Below are positions 1-9,460 of a stretch of 64,000 bases of DNA, in pieces. The notes beneath the pieces were generated by a model. It was not told where the DNA came from and did not search any database. It saw nothing but the letters and a program-made list of their open reading frames with translations. The position numbers and the translations under genes were made by a program. This DNA comes from Candidatus Yanofskybacteria bacterium. GTDB taxonomy: Bacteria > Patescibacteriota > Minisyncoccia > 2-02-FULL-40-12 > GWA2-44-9. The stretch is from contig JADLBM010000021.1 of assembly GCA_020847715.1 (NCBI GenBank), forward strand, positions 800-64,799, given 5' to 3'. Each line of letters opens with the position of its first letter. Position 1 is the first letter of the stretch.

Positions 1-520
1 CCATGCCCTCCCAGCTCGCGAACAACCGTAAACCCGTCGCGCTCGATGCGCGCCTGGATGGCGTGCCCAATGTCTCCCAGCGTGTTGCCCGGACGGCACT
101 GCGCGATACCGGCATCGAGCGCCTCCCGCGTCACCTGTATGAGCTTCCGCTTTCGCTCGTGCTCGGGCGCCGCCGGATTGCTCGCGACCAGCACGGTCAC
201 CGCCGAGTCCGACTGCCACCCGTCTTTGACCACGCCAAAGTCGAGCTTGAGGAGGTCCCCGTCGCGAAGTGCGTAGTCCGAGCCCGGCGTGTGAACCGCC
301 TGCGCATTCACGGAGAGACAAATCACATCGGGATAGTTATTGTAGTGCAAGAACGATGCCTCAACGCCATGCGCGCGAATGAGCGCGGCCGCGCGCGCGG
401 AAATCTCGCCCGTTGTCACGCCAACCTTCGGCATCGCCGAAAGCTCGCGCAATATCGCGGCGAGAATCGCGCCGCTCTGCCGCATTATTTCAACCTGTTG
501 AGGACTCTTCAGTGTAATCA
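1..520 (-). CDS. map: methionine aminopeptidase type I, N-terminal 173 aa (3' end runs off window)
   Basis: Reverse-complement translation starts MITLKSPQQVEIMRQSGAILAAIL with GHGIG-type continuation; ORF open to window edge; antisense of listed + ORF 3..830. Confidence 0.8.
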
Positions 521-638
521 TGTCCGAAAACTATACATCAAAAATCTTATTCTAGCCAGGCCAAGCTCTCTCCCCTCCCCACTTCCGCAGACGCTACTTC
601 ACAAAAAAGCCGCCACCTTTCTTGGTGGCGGTCATGCG

Positions 639-944
639 TCACTGACTGCGCCCTTCCCGTATGCGGCTCATCTCGAATGGAGAAACATCGAACATGGCGC
701 CGCAGTTCTTGCAGTAGATATTCCCGGTGATTTGTCCGCCGCATCCGCTCGAGGCTTCATGTATCTCGTCGGACCCGCAGTCGGGACATGCGAGCAACTT
801 CTTGAACGTGGCAAACTCTGCCGCAGATAGCGTACCGCAGGTGCGCGGCTCTCGCGCCAATGGCGGCACAGTCGCTTTGCTCCGCACAACAACCGCAGGA
901 TTCTCCGCCCGGACCCTGAACAACGACCGCAACCACCCAAGCAT
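639..944 (-). CDS. hypothetical small zinc-ribbon protein (CPDC...CKNC)
   Basis: ORF 101 aa with CxxC-x21-CxxC; sits between adk and map; start codon uncertain; could be a spurious high-GC ORF. Confidence 0.35.
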   Translation of the reverse strand: MLGWLRSLFRVRAENPAVVVRSKATVPPLAREPRTCGTLSAAEFATFKKLLACPDCGSDEIHEASSGCGGQITGNIYCKNCGAMFDVSPFEMSRIREGRSQ

Positions 945-1070
945 CGGTCACCTCCAGCCATGGCTAATATGTCTTTCGGCTTACAATAAGTCAATGGGAA
1001 TGGTGTTCTGCGGAGGTTCAGCCTCCACAGAAAAAAGAAAACCCGGCGGGGAGGCCGGGGGTTGAGGGGG

Positions 1071-1772
1071 CTACTGCCGCGGTGCGGGAGTGGTGCGCCG
1101 CTCCAGCGCGCCGACAACTTCCTGATGAATGGCCTGAATGCTCTGGCTAGCATCGATGGCAAAGATGGGGACACCGTTGGCGCGGAACGTGTTGAGTGTT
1201 GGCTCAGTGAGTTTTCGATACTCAGAAAACCGAGTACCCGTCTTGCTCGGATCGTCGAGCTCCCGCACATACAACTCACTGCCGTCTTTCGGACAGGTTG
1301 TGAGACTCGCAAACTCTGGCGTTGCCGGAATCGGATGGTTATGCGCACGACATAGGCGTCTCGTCGCGATACGACTGCTCGCGACCTCATCGGGAATGAC
1401 CAGATTAATAACCAGCACGCTGTCCGCGCCATACACCTTCACCATCTCCGGCACCTCGATTTCCGCTTCAAACACGGTGCGAGGAGAGCCGGAAAAGATG
1501 AGTCCCTTCCCCTGTGCAGCGACCGGTCGCACGAACTCCATCATGATTTCGGCAACGAACGGACCGGAGTTCAACTCTCCCGTGTCGAACTTCCGCTTCT
1601 CCTCACGAATGACGGGGTCGTCCGGATTTGCAGCGAACTTCGCAAGAATGAGCTTCGAGCTCGGAACCTGAATGAAACCAAACTCCTCGATGAGAAGTCC
1701 TGCTTGAGTGTCTTTCCCTGAGCCCGGCGCCCCGACGAAGAAGACTGCTTGTGGCCGTAGAGTTGCCTCCAT
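1071..1772 (-). CDS. adk: adenylate kinase
   Basis: VFFVGAPGSGKDTQA P-loop, LID region; ATG at 1772 chosen over the upstream TTG. Confidence 0.85.
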   Translation of the reverse strand: MEATLRPQAVFFVGAPGSGKDTQAGLLIEEFGFIQVPSSKLILAKFAANPDDPVIREEKRKFDTGELNSGPFVAEIMMEFVRPVAAQGKGLIFSGSPRTVFEAEIEVPEMVKVYGADSVLVINLVIPDEVASSRIATRRLCRAHNHPIPATPEFASLTTCPKDGSELYVRELDDPSKTGTRFSEYRKLTEPTLNTFRANGVPIFAIDASQSIQAIHQEVVGALERRTTPAPRQ

Positions 1773-1855
1773 GCCTTCATAGTACCAAACGGGAAGGACT
1801 GGCAAATGTTGACGAACGGCCGCTCCTCTTCTGTGGATGTAACTCAGAACCGCTT

Positions 1856-1886
1856 AAGCGACGACGTCAAACAAAATAAAGAGGGA
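1856..1886 (-). terminator. rho-independent terminator after the Lys-rich protein gene
   Basis: minus-strand GGGAGTC-TAC-GGACTCCC followed by TCTTTATTTTGTTTG. Confidence 0.6.
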
Positions 1887-2021
1887 GTCCGTAGACTCCC
1901 TCGTAAGGGTGGTGGGCCGGTGGCCCTTCCTTATTCTCCATCACGGGCGCCCCTCTGCGCCCTATCGTGTCTTCAATCCATTCTCCTCCTTCTTTGGCTG
2001 TGGGGGAGCGTCGGCGCTAGG

Positions 2022-2645
2022 CTACTTCTTCTTGCCCTTGCCGCCGCCCTTCTGCTTGTCCCCGCCCTTCTTGTTCTTCTTCTTGCCCCTGCCCTCCTCG
2101 GGCTTGGGGGCGCGGTGCTTGAGCGCCGCGGCCTCGCGCTGCTGGCGCCGCGAGAGCTTCTTGTGGTGGCGGCGCTCACGGTGGCCCTCGGCGAGGATCG
2201 CGTTGATGCCGCGGTCCTGGTTCGCGATGGCGAGCCCCAGCGAGCGCTGAGACCGGAACTGCTCGTCCCGAGTCTTGTTCTCCTGGACCCAGCGCTCCAT
2301 CAGGGCGATGGTGCCCTCGGTCCGGAAGGTCCTGAACCCCATCCGCTGCCCGCAGCGGCGGCAGAGCTCGGCCTTCAGGATCTCCTCGCGGGTGAGCGGC
2401 TTCGCCTTCATCTTCCTGCGAAGGTCCTCCCAGCTGAGCTGGTCCGCTCCTGCGAAGTCCGCGGGACGAGCCTGCTGGTAGAGCTTCTTGAGCTCGGGCA
2501 CGAAGCCCTCCCCCTGCCCGAACGACCAGCCACACCCCGTGCGGGAGCACTTCGCCATCTCGGCGACGCTCTCGGTGGAGGTGGAGGTCTGCGGAGCGCT
2601 GGTGGGCGCGACCGCGGGCGTGGAGATCGGGATGATGGTCGTCAT
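2022..2645 (-). CDS. hypothetical zinc-binding protein with lysine-rich histone-like C-terminal tail
   Basis: CSRTGCGW...CRRCGQ cysteine pairs; C-terminus KKKNKKGGDKQKGGGKGKKK; SD AGGGAGGAG 5 nt before ATG at 2645. Confidence 0.6.
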   Translation of the reverse strand: MTTIIPISTPAVAPTSAPQTSTSTESVAEMAKCSRTGCGWSFGQGEGFVPELKKLYQQARPADFAGADQLSWEDLRRKMKAKPLTREEILKAELCRRCGQRMGFRTFRTEGTIALMERWVQENKTRDEQFRSQRSLGLAIANQDRGINAILAEGHRERRHHKKLSRRQQREAAALKHRAPKPEEGRGKKKNKKGGDKQKGGGKGKKK

Positions 2646-2705
2646 GGTCTCCTCCCTCATTTTTCAACCGATTGCCGCCCCAAGCGGCTATCGTAGCGTG
2701 AGTTA

Positions 2706-2734
2706 ATAATAGCATATTCAAGTTGTTTTGTCAA
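2706..2734 (-). promoter_or_regulatory. sigma70-like promoter (TTGACA-17-TATTAT) for the 2022..2645 gene
   Basis: minus-strand reading TTGACAaaacaacttgaatatgcTATTAT about 45 nt upstream of the ATG. Confidence 0.55.
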
Positions 2735-2807
2735 ATTGCCCGTTCTGATACAATCCTACGGCCTGCTGGCCTCAGGATTGTTGCGCGACGGGTACGCGCA
2801 ACAAAAA

Positions 2808-2831
2808 GGCGGGGAGTGCTTCCCCCGCCTT
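2808..2831 (-). terminator. rho-independent terminator after the 143-aa paralog gene
   Basis: GGCGGGG-AGTGCTT-CCCCGCC then T-run on minus strand. Confidence 0.6.
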
Positions 2832-2835
2832 GTGT

Positions 2836-3267
2836 TCAGCACCCGCCGGCCGTGAGGTCCGGCTCCGTGCTGACCGGCTCCCAGCGTGAGCCGACCTTCT
2901 TCCCAGGCACGGGCTTGCCCAGCTCGTAGGCCTCGATGGCTCGCAGGACCATCCCCAGCCGATTGTCGAGATCACCCCACTCCCTCGAGTCCGAAAAGCC
3001 CAGTACCGCAAGCGCCTCCAAGGTAGCCGCTTGTGCGTATCCTAATGGGTTGCTCTCGGAGAGCATGGCCTCCGGCCACGGCCGATGGAACAGGCCAATG
3101 AGTTGCCCGGCTGGACCTTCGAGGCAACCGCCGCCGGCGATGTGGAGGCGCACCATACCGGTTGGCAGGGTCTCGCAACGGCCAATTTCGTACCATCCGC
3201 AGTCCGCGTTCTCCGACACCATGTCGCCGCGACGAACGTCTCGAAATGCGATTGCCTTCACAAACAT
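2836..3267 (-). CDS. hypothetical protein, paralog of 3343..3681 (shared MxKAIxxxxVRxGD N-terminus and A(I/E)(D/A)YELGK C-terminus)
   Basis: 143 aa; SD GGAGGTG 4 nt before ATG; own promoter-like TGTGATATAG motif and own terminator. Confidence 0.6.
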   Translation of the reverse strand: MFVKAIAFRDVRRGDMVSENADCGWYEIGRCETLPTGMVRLHIAGGGCLEGPAGQLIGLFHRPWPEAMLSESNPLGYAQAATLEALAVLGFSDSREWGDLDNRLGMVLRAIEAYELGKPVPGKKVGSRWEPVSTEPDLTAGGC

Positions 3268-3310
3268 CGTCCACCTCCACCGCTGCTATATCACAATTTC
3301 AGAATAAGAA

Positions 3311-3330
3311 AAGGCGGCCCGTACGGGTCG
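3311..3330 (-). terminator. rho-independent terminator after the 112-aa paralog gene
   Basis: GGCGRCCCG-TA-CGGGYCGCC hairpin then TTTTCTTATT on minus strand. Confidence 0.55.
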
Positions 3331-3342
3331 CCTGCGGGCGGA

Positions 3343-3681
3343 TTACATGCCCTTTCCCAACTCGTATTCGTCGATAGCCGTTCGCAGATGCTCAATGTGG
3401 TTATTGAACTCCGCTTGGCTCAGAGCGCCGATGGACATGGTAGTCCGAGCGAGAAGCTCTATTCGCTTCCTGCACTCATCCGCGGTCCTCCATTCCGGCA
3501 AGGGCCGGCGTCCGAGCCCGACGATGTCGTACTCCTTGAGGCGAAGCTTGCGACCATCGGTCGTCTTGAGCGTGACCTCAGTCCCGCACAGCTCGACCCA
3601 CTCCACCTCAGCACGCGCCCCGCCAGAGATCAAAACAGAGTCCCCGGCACGCACATGCTTTGCGAAAATCGCCTTCAGCAT
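3343..3681 (-). CDS. hypothetical protein, paralog of 2836..3267
   Basis: 112 aa, MLKAIFAKHVRAGD ... IDEYELGKGM; TGTGGTATAGAA promoter-like motif about 70 nt upstream. Confidence 0.6.
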   Translation of the reverse strand: MLKAIFAKHVRAGDSVLISGGARAEVEWVELCGTEVTLKTTDGRKLRLKEYDIVGLGRRPLPEWRTADECRKRIELLARTTMSIGALSQAEFNNHIEHLRTAIDEYELGKGM

Positions 3682-3930
3682 CTCTCACCTCTCGAGAGCC
3701 AACGCGGCCCGAGATCCCGAGGCAGTACGCCGAGGGATACATTTCTATACCACAATCGGTATGTTTGTCGAGTCACACGGATTGAGGGGTTTCACCCAAG
3801 GCCGAGGCGTAAGCGAGCACCGGAGCGAGCCGTACTGAAGGGTACGGAGAGCGAGGAGCAGAGCGACAACGATGGGATTGGGTGAAATAACCAATCCAGA
3901 GCAAAGCAAAAGCCGCACCGAGGATTGTTG

Positions 3931-3957
3931 TGCGGCTCTTGCGGAGCGACGAACACT
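3931..3957 (-). terminator. terminator after secY
   Basis: AGCCGCAC-loop-GTGCGGCT hairpin followed by T-rich tract on minus strand. Confidence 0.55.
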
Positions 3958-3964
3958 CACGGAA

Positions 3965-5224
3965 CTAGTACTCGTACAACGACAGCTGCGCCTGCACCTG
4001 CTTCATGATTTCGAGGGCGACCGACACCACAATCAGAATGGAGGTGCCACCAACGGTGAATGCGGTGATGCCTGTGAAGCCCTGCACGATGTTCGGAAGC
4101 ACTGCAATCGTCCCGAGGAACAACGCACCAACCAGTGTGACACGATTCAGGAGATGGTTCAGAAAACTTGCGGTCTGCTGGCCGGGACGAATGCCCGGAA
4201 TGTAGCCGCCCTGCTTCTGGATGTTCTCGCTGATACTCTTCGGATCGAAAGTAATAGCCGTGTAGAAGTAGGTGAAGAGCGCGACGAGTGTGAAATATAG
4301 AATGCCGTAGAACAGCTGGTTCTGGAGCGCATTACTCACCATGGTTGCCACACGAGCGACCGTCTGAACATGCGATGCGACGAAGAAGTTCGCGATGATG
4401 CCCGGGAACAAAAGGAGCGACAGCGCAAAGATAATGGGAATGACTCCGGCATTGTTCACGCGCATCGGAAGGTAGGTGCTCACGCCGCCGTACTGCCGCG
4501 CACCTCGCACGCGCCGCGCATAGTTGATGGGAATGTTGCGTTGCGCCTCGCTGATATAGACCACACCGGCGATGACTGCGAGTCCGACCACCACAAACGC
4601 GACGTAGGTGAACAGCTGATCAGCCGAGTAGGTGAAAATAGCCTGCTGGATTTGCTGTGGCACGCTCGCAACGATGCCCGTCAAGATAAGCAACGACGTG
4701 CCGTTGCCAAGATTCTTCTCAGAAATAAGCTCGCCCAGCCACATCAGGAACACCGAACCCGCGGCGATGATAGAGAGTGTGCCAAGCATCTGCATGCCAC
4801 CCATCGGGGCGAGGATATCCTGTCGCGTAAGAAGGACAAGGAAGCTGTACCCCTGCAGGAATGCCAACGGCACCGTCAGGAGGCGGCTATACTGGTTGAA
4901 CTTTGCGCGACCCTGCTCCCCTTCGTGCTTGTACATTTGCTCAAGCGACGGGAAAATCATGGTCAACAGCTGCATGATAATACTGCCCGTGATGTAGGGC
5001 CCGAGTCCGAGCATCGCAATAGAGAGCGTCGACAGCGAGCCGCCTGTGAAGGTGCTCACCAAACCGAACAGCGTGTTTTGGCTCAAGAAATCGCGGAGGC
5101 GTGATGCATCAACGGCCGGAATAGGCACATTGTGCAGCACCTGAGCGATAGCGGTCATCGCGAGGATGAAGAGGACCTTCGAGCGAAGCTCTTTGCGACG
5201 GAATATCTGGGTGATGTAATTCAT
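3965..5224 (-). CDS. secY: preprotein translocase subunit SecY
   Basis: 10 TM, MNYITQIFRRKELRSKVLFIL... SecY signature; start trimmed to the ATG after rplO stop. Confidence 0.92.
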   Translation of the reverse strand: MNYITQIFRRKELRSKVLFILAMTAIAQVLHNVPIPAVDASRLRDFLSQNTLFGLVSTFTGGSLSTLSIAMLGLGPYITGSIIMQLLTMIFPSLEQMYKHEGEQGRAKFNQYSRLLTVPLAFLQGYSFLVLLTRQDILAPMGGMQMLGTLSIIAAGSVFLMWLGELISEKNLGNGTSLLILTGIVASVPQQIQQAIFTYSADQLFTYVAFVVVGLAVIAGVVYISEAQRNIPINYARRVRGARQYGGVSTYLPMRVNNAGVIPIIFALSLLLFPGIIANFFVASHVQTVARVATMVSNALQNQLFYGILYFTLVALFTYFYTAITFDPKSISENIQKQGGYIPGIRPGQQTASFLNHLLNRVTLVGALFLGTIAVLPNIVQGFTGITAFTVGGTSILIVVSVALEIMKQVQAQLSLYEY

Positions 5225-5264
5225 AGAACCTCTTCTGTATATCACACAACCTCCGCACTGCACA

Positions 5265-5741
5265 CTACAGGCCAACCGTACCGCCTGCGTCCTCGATCTT
5301 CTTCTTGGCTGCAGCAGACAGCATAACCCCGCTGGTCATAAGCTTCCGCTTAATGTCACCAGTCGAGAGAATCTTCACACGAGTCGTCCCCTGCGGAGCG
5401 AGCCCCTTTTCGATGAGCGTTGCGAGCGAGACCGTCTCACCATCCTTGAACACATCCAGTGCGCGCAGCTTGAGTTCGAACGCCGTTGTGTTCTTCACCG
5501 AGAAGAAACGATGCTTCTTGTGCGGGCTCTTGTTGCCATGCTTCTTCGTGGCTCCGCGCTGCTTCGGGAACAACTGCCAGATGCGATTGTCGCCGCCACG
5601 AAAGCCCGGGCGCACGCTTGCGCCGGCGCGAGACTTCTGTCCCTTCGTCCCCGAGCCGCTCGTTGTGCCGCGCTTACCGCCACGGCCAATGCGCTTATGC
5701 TTCTTTCGGGGAGTCTTTGATTTGAGCGAGGAAAGGTCCAT
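5265..5741 (-). CDS. rplO: 50S ribosomal protein L15
   Basis: KHKRIGRGGKRGTTSGSGTKGQKSRAG L15 N-terminus. Confidence 0.93.
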   Translation of the reverse strand: MDLSSLKSKTPRKKHKRIGRGGKRGTTSGSGTKGQKSRAGASVRPGFRGGDNRIWQLFPKQRGATKKHGNKSPHKKHRFFSVKNTTAFELKLRALDVFKDGETVSLATLIEKGLAPQGTTRVKILSTGDIKRKLMTSGVMLSAAAKKKIEDAGGTVGL

Positions 5742-5748
5742 GACGAAA

Positions 5749-6366
5749 TTATTTCTTCACCGCTCCTGCGCGGATCTTGGCGAGCGCCGAGATCGTCGCG
5801 CGTGCGATGTTGATCTTGTTGTTGGTGCGGCCAGTGAGCTTTCCGGTCAGTCCGGCGATACCAGCCATCTGTGCGACGACGCGGACCGCGCCGCCCGCCT
5901 TAATACCCGACTTCGACGGCTTCAGAATAACCGTCGCGCTCGAGTACTTTCCCTCTACCTGATACGGGATGGTGCCGTCTTTGATCACCAGCGTGAGGAG
6001 GTTCTTCTTCGCCTGATGGTAGGCCTTCTGGATGGACTGCTGAACATCGCGCCCCTTTGCAAGGCCGACGCCAACGCGGCCCTTCCCATTTCCGGCGACC
6101 ACCGTCGCGCGGAACGAGAACCGCTTACCACCCTTCGTCACACGCGCAACGCGAGCGATATCAAGTGTGCGCTGATCGTACTCCGGCTTCTCCATCGGAC
6201 GATCGCGACGCGGGCCACGGCCTCCCGGGCGTCCCGGGCCGTTGCGACCGCCGCGCGTGCCGAACCGACCGCCGCGCATCGGGCGCATAGGTTCCTGTCG
6301 CTCAGCGACCGGCGCTGCCGGAGGAGTCGTTACAGGTGCTGGATTGTTCGTAGTGTTCTCGTCCAT
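5749..6366 (-). CDS. rpsE: 30S ribosomal protein S5 with Arg/Gly-rich N-terminal extension
   Basis: RVTKGGKRFSFRATVVAGNGKGRVGVGLAK S5 core; start trimmed to ATG just after the rplR stop; no L30 gene follows. Confidence 0.9.
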   Translation of the reverse strand: MDENTTNNPAPVTTPPAAPVAERQEPMRPMRGGRFGTRGGRNGPGRPGGRGPRRDRPMEKPEYDQRTLDIARVARVTKGGKRFSFRATVVAGNGKGRVGVGLAKGRDVQQSIQKAYHQAKKNLLTLVIKDGTIPYQVEGKYSSATVILKPSKSGIKAGGAVRVVAQMAGIAGLTGKLTGRTNNKINIARATISALAKIRAGAVKK

Positions 6367-6370
6367 ATGA

Positions 6371-6727
6371 TTAGAGCGTGATGCCTGCCGCACGGAGCGC
6401 CTCAGCGACTGCCTTGATGCGCCCGTGGTACTTGAATCCGGCTTTGTCGAATACAACCGTCGTCACACCCTTGACCTTGAGCAACTCCGCGAGCTTCTCT
6501 CCCGCCGTGGTCGCACGTACGGACTTTGCTCCCTTCACCTTGAGGTGTGCATCATTCACGGCCGCCACGGTTGTTCCGGAGACGTCGTCAATCGCCTGCA
6601 CATACACAGAGGTGTTGCTCTTGAATACGGTCACACGAGGCCGCTCGGCGGTGCCGGAAATCTTCGCGCGCCCACGCACCTGACGGCGGATACGATTGAC
6701 TCTCTTTGTGATATTGATGTCGGTCAT
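6371..6727 (-). CDS. rplR: 50S ribosomal protein L18
   Basis: MTDINITKRVNRIRRQVRGRAKISGTAERPRVTVFKSN. Confidence 0.93.
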   Translation of the reverse strand: MTDINITKRVNRIRRQVRGRAKISGTAERPRVTVFKSNTSVYVQAIDDVSGTTVAAVNDAHLKVKGAKSVRATTAGEKLAELLKVKGVTTVVFDKAGFKYHGRIKAVAEALRAAGITL

Positions 6728-6742
6728 GTTCGAGTATCAGCG

Positions 6743-7291
6743 TTACGCTGCGGTTGCGGCTTTCTTGCCAGCCTTCTTCTTGATGACCTCGTCCGCGTAA
6801 CGAATACCGCTCCCCTTGTACGGCTCGGGCTGACGGTAGGTGCGAATCTTCGATGCCACATGTCCCACCAGCTCCTTGTCGATACCTTCGACACGGATGG
6901 AAGTCTTGTCAGTGACAAAGGTGATACCCTCCGGTGCCGGAACCATGATGGTATGACTGTAGCCCAGCGAAAGTTCGAGGTCGCGGCCCTTCAGATTTGC
7001 CTTGTACCCGACTCCCTGGAACTCGAGCGACTCGGTCCAGCCGGTGCTGACGCCAATGATCATATTGTTCACAAGCGCACGCCACAGGCCCCACTGCGCG
7101 CGTTCGGCGCGGCTCGGGTTCTCGCGCGCAGGCGAGACGACGACCGTGTCGCCTTCAACGGATACTGCGATGTCCGCAGGAATGGTGCGGGTCAGGGTTC
7201 CCTTGGAACCTTTGACCGTCGCCAGCGTACCGCTCACGGTAACCGTGACGCCGCTCGGGATATGAATTGGCTTTTTTCCGATCTTAGACAT
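6743..7291 (-). CDS. rplF: 50S ribosomal protein L6
   Basis: MSKIGKKPIHIPSGVTVTV L6 N-terminus. Confidence 0.92.
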   Translation of the reverse strand: MSKIGKKPIHIPSGVTVTVSGTLATVKGSKGTLTRTIPADIAVSVEGDTVVVSPARENPSRAERAQWGLWRALVNNMIIGVSTGWTESLEFQGVGYKANLKGRDLELSLGYSHTIMVPAPEGITFVTDKTSIRVEGIDKELVGHVASKIRTYRQPEPYKGSGIRYADEVIKKKAGKKAATAA

Positions 7292-7302
7292 AGTGTTCAG
7301 TG

Positions 7303-7701
7303 CTACCAAATCTCAAACATAACCTCTCCGCCCAATCCGGTCTTCTTCGCCTCCTGCGACGTCATGATGCCCTTCGATGTCGAGACGATCGCCATGCCGT
7401 ACCCGGAACGCACCGGCCTGATCTCAGCTGCCTTAATGTAGATATGGCGACTCGGGCGGCTGATGATGCGAAGACCGGAGATGGCTCCCGCCCCGTCAGC
7501 ATACCGGAGTGCCACGTCGAGGTATTCAATCTCGCTCTTCTTTGCCTTTCGCTTGCGGCGCTCAACGTCGCCGACATACCCGGCCGACTTCAAGAGCTGC
7601 AGAATCTGCAGTCTCACATTCGAGAACGGAACCTCAACGCGCTCGTGGCCAACGGCCTGAGCATTCGTGATCCGAGTAAGCATGTCAGTGATAGGGTCCA
7701 T
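7303..7701 (-). CDS. rpsH: 30S ribosomal protein S8
   Basis: MDPITDMLTRITNAQAVGHERVEVP. Confidence 0.93.
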   Translation of the reverse strand: MDPITDMLTRITNAQAVGHERVEVPFSNVRLQILQLLKSAGYVGDVERRKRKAKKSEIEYLDVALRYADGAGAISGLRIISRPSRHIYIKAAEIRPVRSGYGMAIVSTSKGIMTSQEAKKTGLGGEVMFEIW

Positions 7702-7712
7702 AGGGGAAGAAA

Positions 7713-7898
7713 TTACCAGGACGACTTACGGATACCCGGCAGCAGTCCTTGGTTGGCCAACTCGCGGAAACAGATACGGCACAGCTGAACCTTTCCGATG
7801 TAGTACCGTGCACGGCCGCACTTGAAACACCGATTCACCTTTCGGCTGCTGAACTTCGGCTTCTTATTGCTGCGTGCAATCGTAGAGGTCTTTGCCAT
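7713..7898 (-). CDS. rpsN: 30S ribosomal protein S14, zinc-binding type Z (61 aa)
   Basis: [20 protein letters not shown] zinc ribbon. Confidence 0.92.
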   Translation of the reverse strand: MAKTSTIARSNKKPKFSSRKVNRCFKCGRARYYIGKVQLCRICFRELANQGLLPGIRKSSW

Positions 7899-7907
7899 GA
7901 TGGTGTT

Positions 7908-8447
7908 CTATTTCTTCAACGGGAAACCGAGCAGCGTCAGCAAGGCAATGCCCTGCTCGCGGTTCTTCGCCGTTGTCGTGATGGTCACCTGCATACTGAA
8001 AATATCTTTCACATTCTCCACATTCACTTCCGGGAAAATGCTGTGCTCCTTGATGCCGACATTCAAGTTTCCTTCGCGATCGAAGTTCTTGGGATCGATA
8101 CCGCGGAAGTCCTTGGAAAGCGGGAGGGAAATCGTGATGAAACGCTCCAAAAAATCCCACATCCGCTTGCCGCGCAGCGTCACCGCAACGCCGACCGGAG
8201 TGCCCTGGCGCAGCTTGAAGCTCGCAATGGACTGCTTGGCCAACCGGCGCGAAGGCTTCTGCCCCGTGAGCACCGCGAGGTCGCGCTCGACGCGCTCGAT
8301 CGCTCCGGCATCCTTCGCCATGCGGCCGACGCCAACGTTCACCGTGATCTTGGTGATGCGCGGAACCGCCATGACATTGGCGATACCAAACTCCTTCCGC
8401 AGCGCGGGGAGGACCTTGGTCGTGTAGTTGTCGTGGAGACGTGACAT
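7908..8447 (-). CDS. rplE: 50S ribosomal protein L5
   Basis: MSRLHDNYTTKVLPALRKEFGIANVMAVPRITKITVNVGVG. Confidence 0.93.
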   Translation of the reverse strand: MSRLHDNYTTKVLPALRKEFGIANVMAVPRITKITVNVGVGRMAKDAGAIERVERDLAVLTGQKPSRRLAKQSIASFKLRQGTPVGVAVTLRGKRMWDFLERFITISLPLSKDFRGIDPKNFDREGNLNVGIKEHSIFPEVNVENVKDIFSMQVTITTTAKNREQGIALLTLLGFPLKK

Positions 8448-8491
8448 GGAATGCTTAGTATACTTACTTTTTATCTTCTGTAAAGTTCTCG

Positions 8492-8803
8492 CTAGATCTG
8501 AATCTTCGTTTTGCGATCGATACGGACCTTTGTTTTGCCGTCCGCACCCAGCTGCCAGCCAACGCGAGCCGCCTTGCCGGTATCCTTGCTAGCGACCGCC
8601 ACCGCAGACGCGCTGACCCACCGCTCAACGGAAACGATCTGCCCTTTCGAGCCCGCCTTCCGAGGACGCAGGTGGCGCTTCACCATGTTCAGCCCTTCCA
8701 CAATGACCTTGTGTGCCTTCGGGTCCGTGCGAAGAACCTTTCCGGTCTTTGCCCGGTCCTTTCCGCTCAACATGATAACAGTGTCGCCTTTCTTGATCTT
8801 CAT
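8492..8803 (-). CDS. rplX: 50S ribosomal protein L24
   Basis: MKIKKGDTVIMLSGKDRAKTGKVL; listed ORF is over-extended at its 5' end. Confidence 0.9.
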   Translation of the reverse strand: MKIKKGDTVIMLSGKDRAKTGKVLRTDPKAHKVIVEGLNMVKRHLRPRKAGSKGQIVSVERWVSASAVAVASKDTGKAARVGWQLGADGKTKVRIDRKTKIQI

Positions 8804-8813
8804 GGTCTGGTGG

Positions 8814-9179
8814 TTAGACAAGTTCCTGCGCCAACGACGCAATGGTCTGGAATCCCTTCTCCTTGATCTCGCGCGGGATTGGACCGAAAATACGACCGCC
8901 CTTCGGCTCCTTGCCGTCAACGATGACGACCGCATTGTCATCGAACCGTACGATGGTCCCGTCGGCGCGGCGCCACGGAGCCTTCTGACGAACAACGACC
9001 GCTTTCAAAATATCCTTCTTCTTGACCGCCTTGCGTGGTTCAGCGGACTTCACCGAGACCACCACGATATCCCCGATTTGGGCATACCGACGGCGGGACC
9101 CGCCGAGCACCTTGAACACGCCTACGCGTTTGGCGCCGGTGTTATCTGCAACAGTGACAATGGATCGAAGCTGTAACAT
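8814..9179 (-). CDS. rplN: 50S ribosomal protein L14
   Basis: MLQLRSIVTVADNTGAKRVGVFKVLGG. Confidence 0.94.
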   Translation of the reverse strand: MLQLRSIVTVADNTGAKRVGVFKVLGGSRRRYAQIGDIVVVSVKSAEPRKAVKKKDILKAVVVRQKAPWRRADGTIVRFDDNAVVIVDGKEPKGGRIFGPIPREIKEKGFQTIASLAQELV

Positions 9180-9189
9180 GGTGGAACAA

Positions 9190-9453
9190 TTACGCCGTCA
9201 CTACCTTCTCGATAACAACCCATCGCTTCGTCTTCGACAGCGGGCGGGTTTCCTGAATGAGAACCGTATCACCGACATGGTACTCACCCTTCTCGTCGTG
9301 CGCCTGATAGCGCGCGCTGACCTTGTAGAACTTCTTATACTTCTCATTCTTCTTCAGGCGCAGCACTTCAACGACGACCGTCTTGGTCATTTTATCGCTC
9401 ACAACAATGCCCTTGAGCGTGCGTCCTTTGGATTGTACGGTTTCGGTAGTCAT
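9190..9453 (-). CDS. rpsQ: 30S ribosomal protein S17
   Basis: [21 protein letters not shown]. Confidence 0.92.
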   Translation of the reverse strand: MTTETVQSKGRTLKGIVVSDKMTKTVVVEVLRLKKNEKYKKFYKVSARYQAHDEKGEYHVGDTVLIQETRPLSKTKRWVVIEKVVTA

Positions 9454-9460
9454 GGTGATG

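Noticed and set aside
3-830. 275-aa plus-strand ORF at the window start
   Set aside because: It is antisense to the clearly recognisable methionine aminopeptidase gene on the minus strand (1..520) and shows the high-GC random-ORF composition (Arg/Ala-rich).
1806-2696. 296-aa plus-strand Leu/Ala-rich ORF
   Set aside because: Antisense to the Lys-rich zinc-ribbon gene; low-complexity translation.
2735-2763. Plus-strand TTGTCA-15-TACAAT promoter-like sequence
   Set aside because: Spacer is short (15 nt) and it would drive only antisense transcription into the 143-aa gene. Probably the mirror image of the genuine minus-strand TTGACA-17-TATTAT promoter in the same AT-rich spot.
5305-6381. 358-aa plus-strand ORF overlapping rplO/rpsE
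   Set aside because: Antisense to two ribosomal protein genes; Arg/Ala/Pro-rich shadow ORF typical of a high-GC genome.
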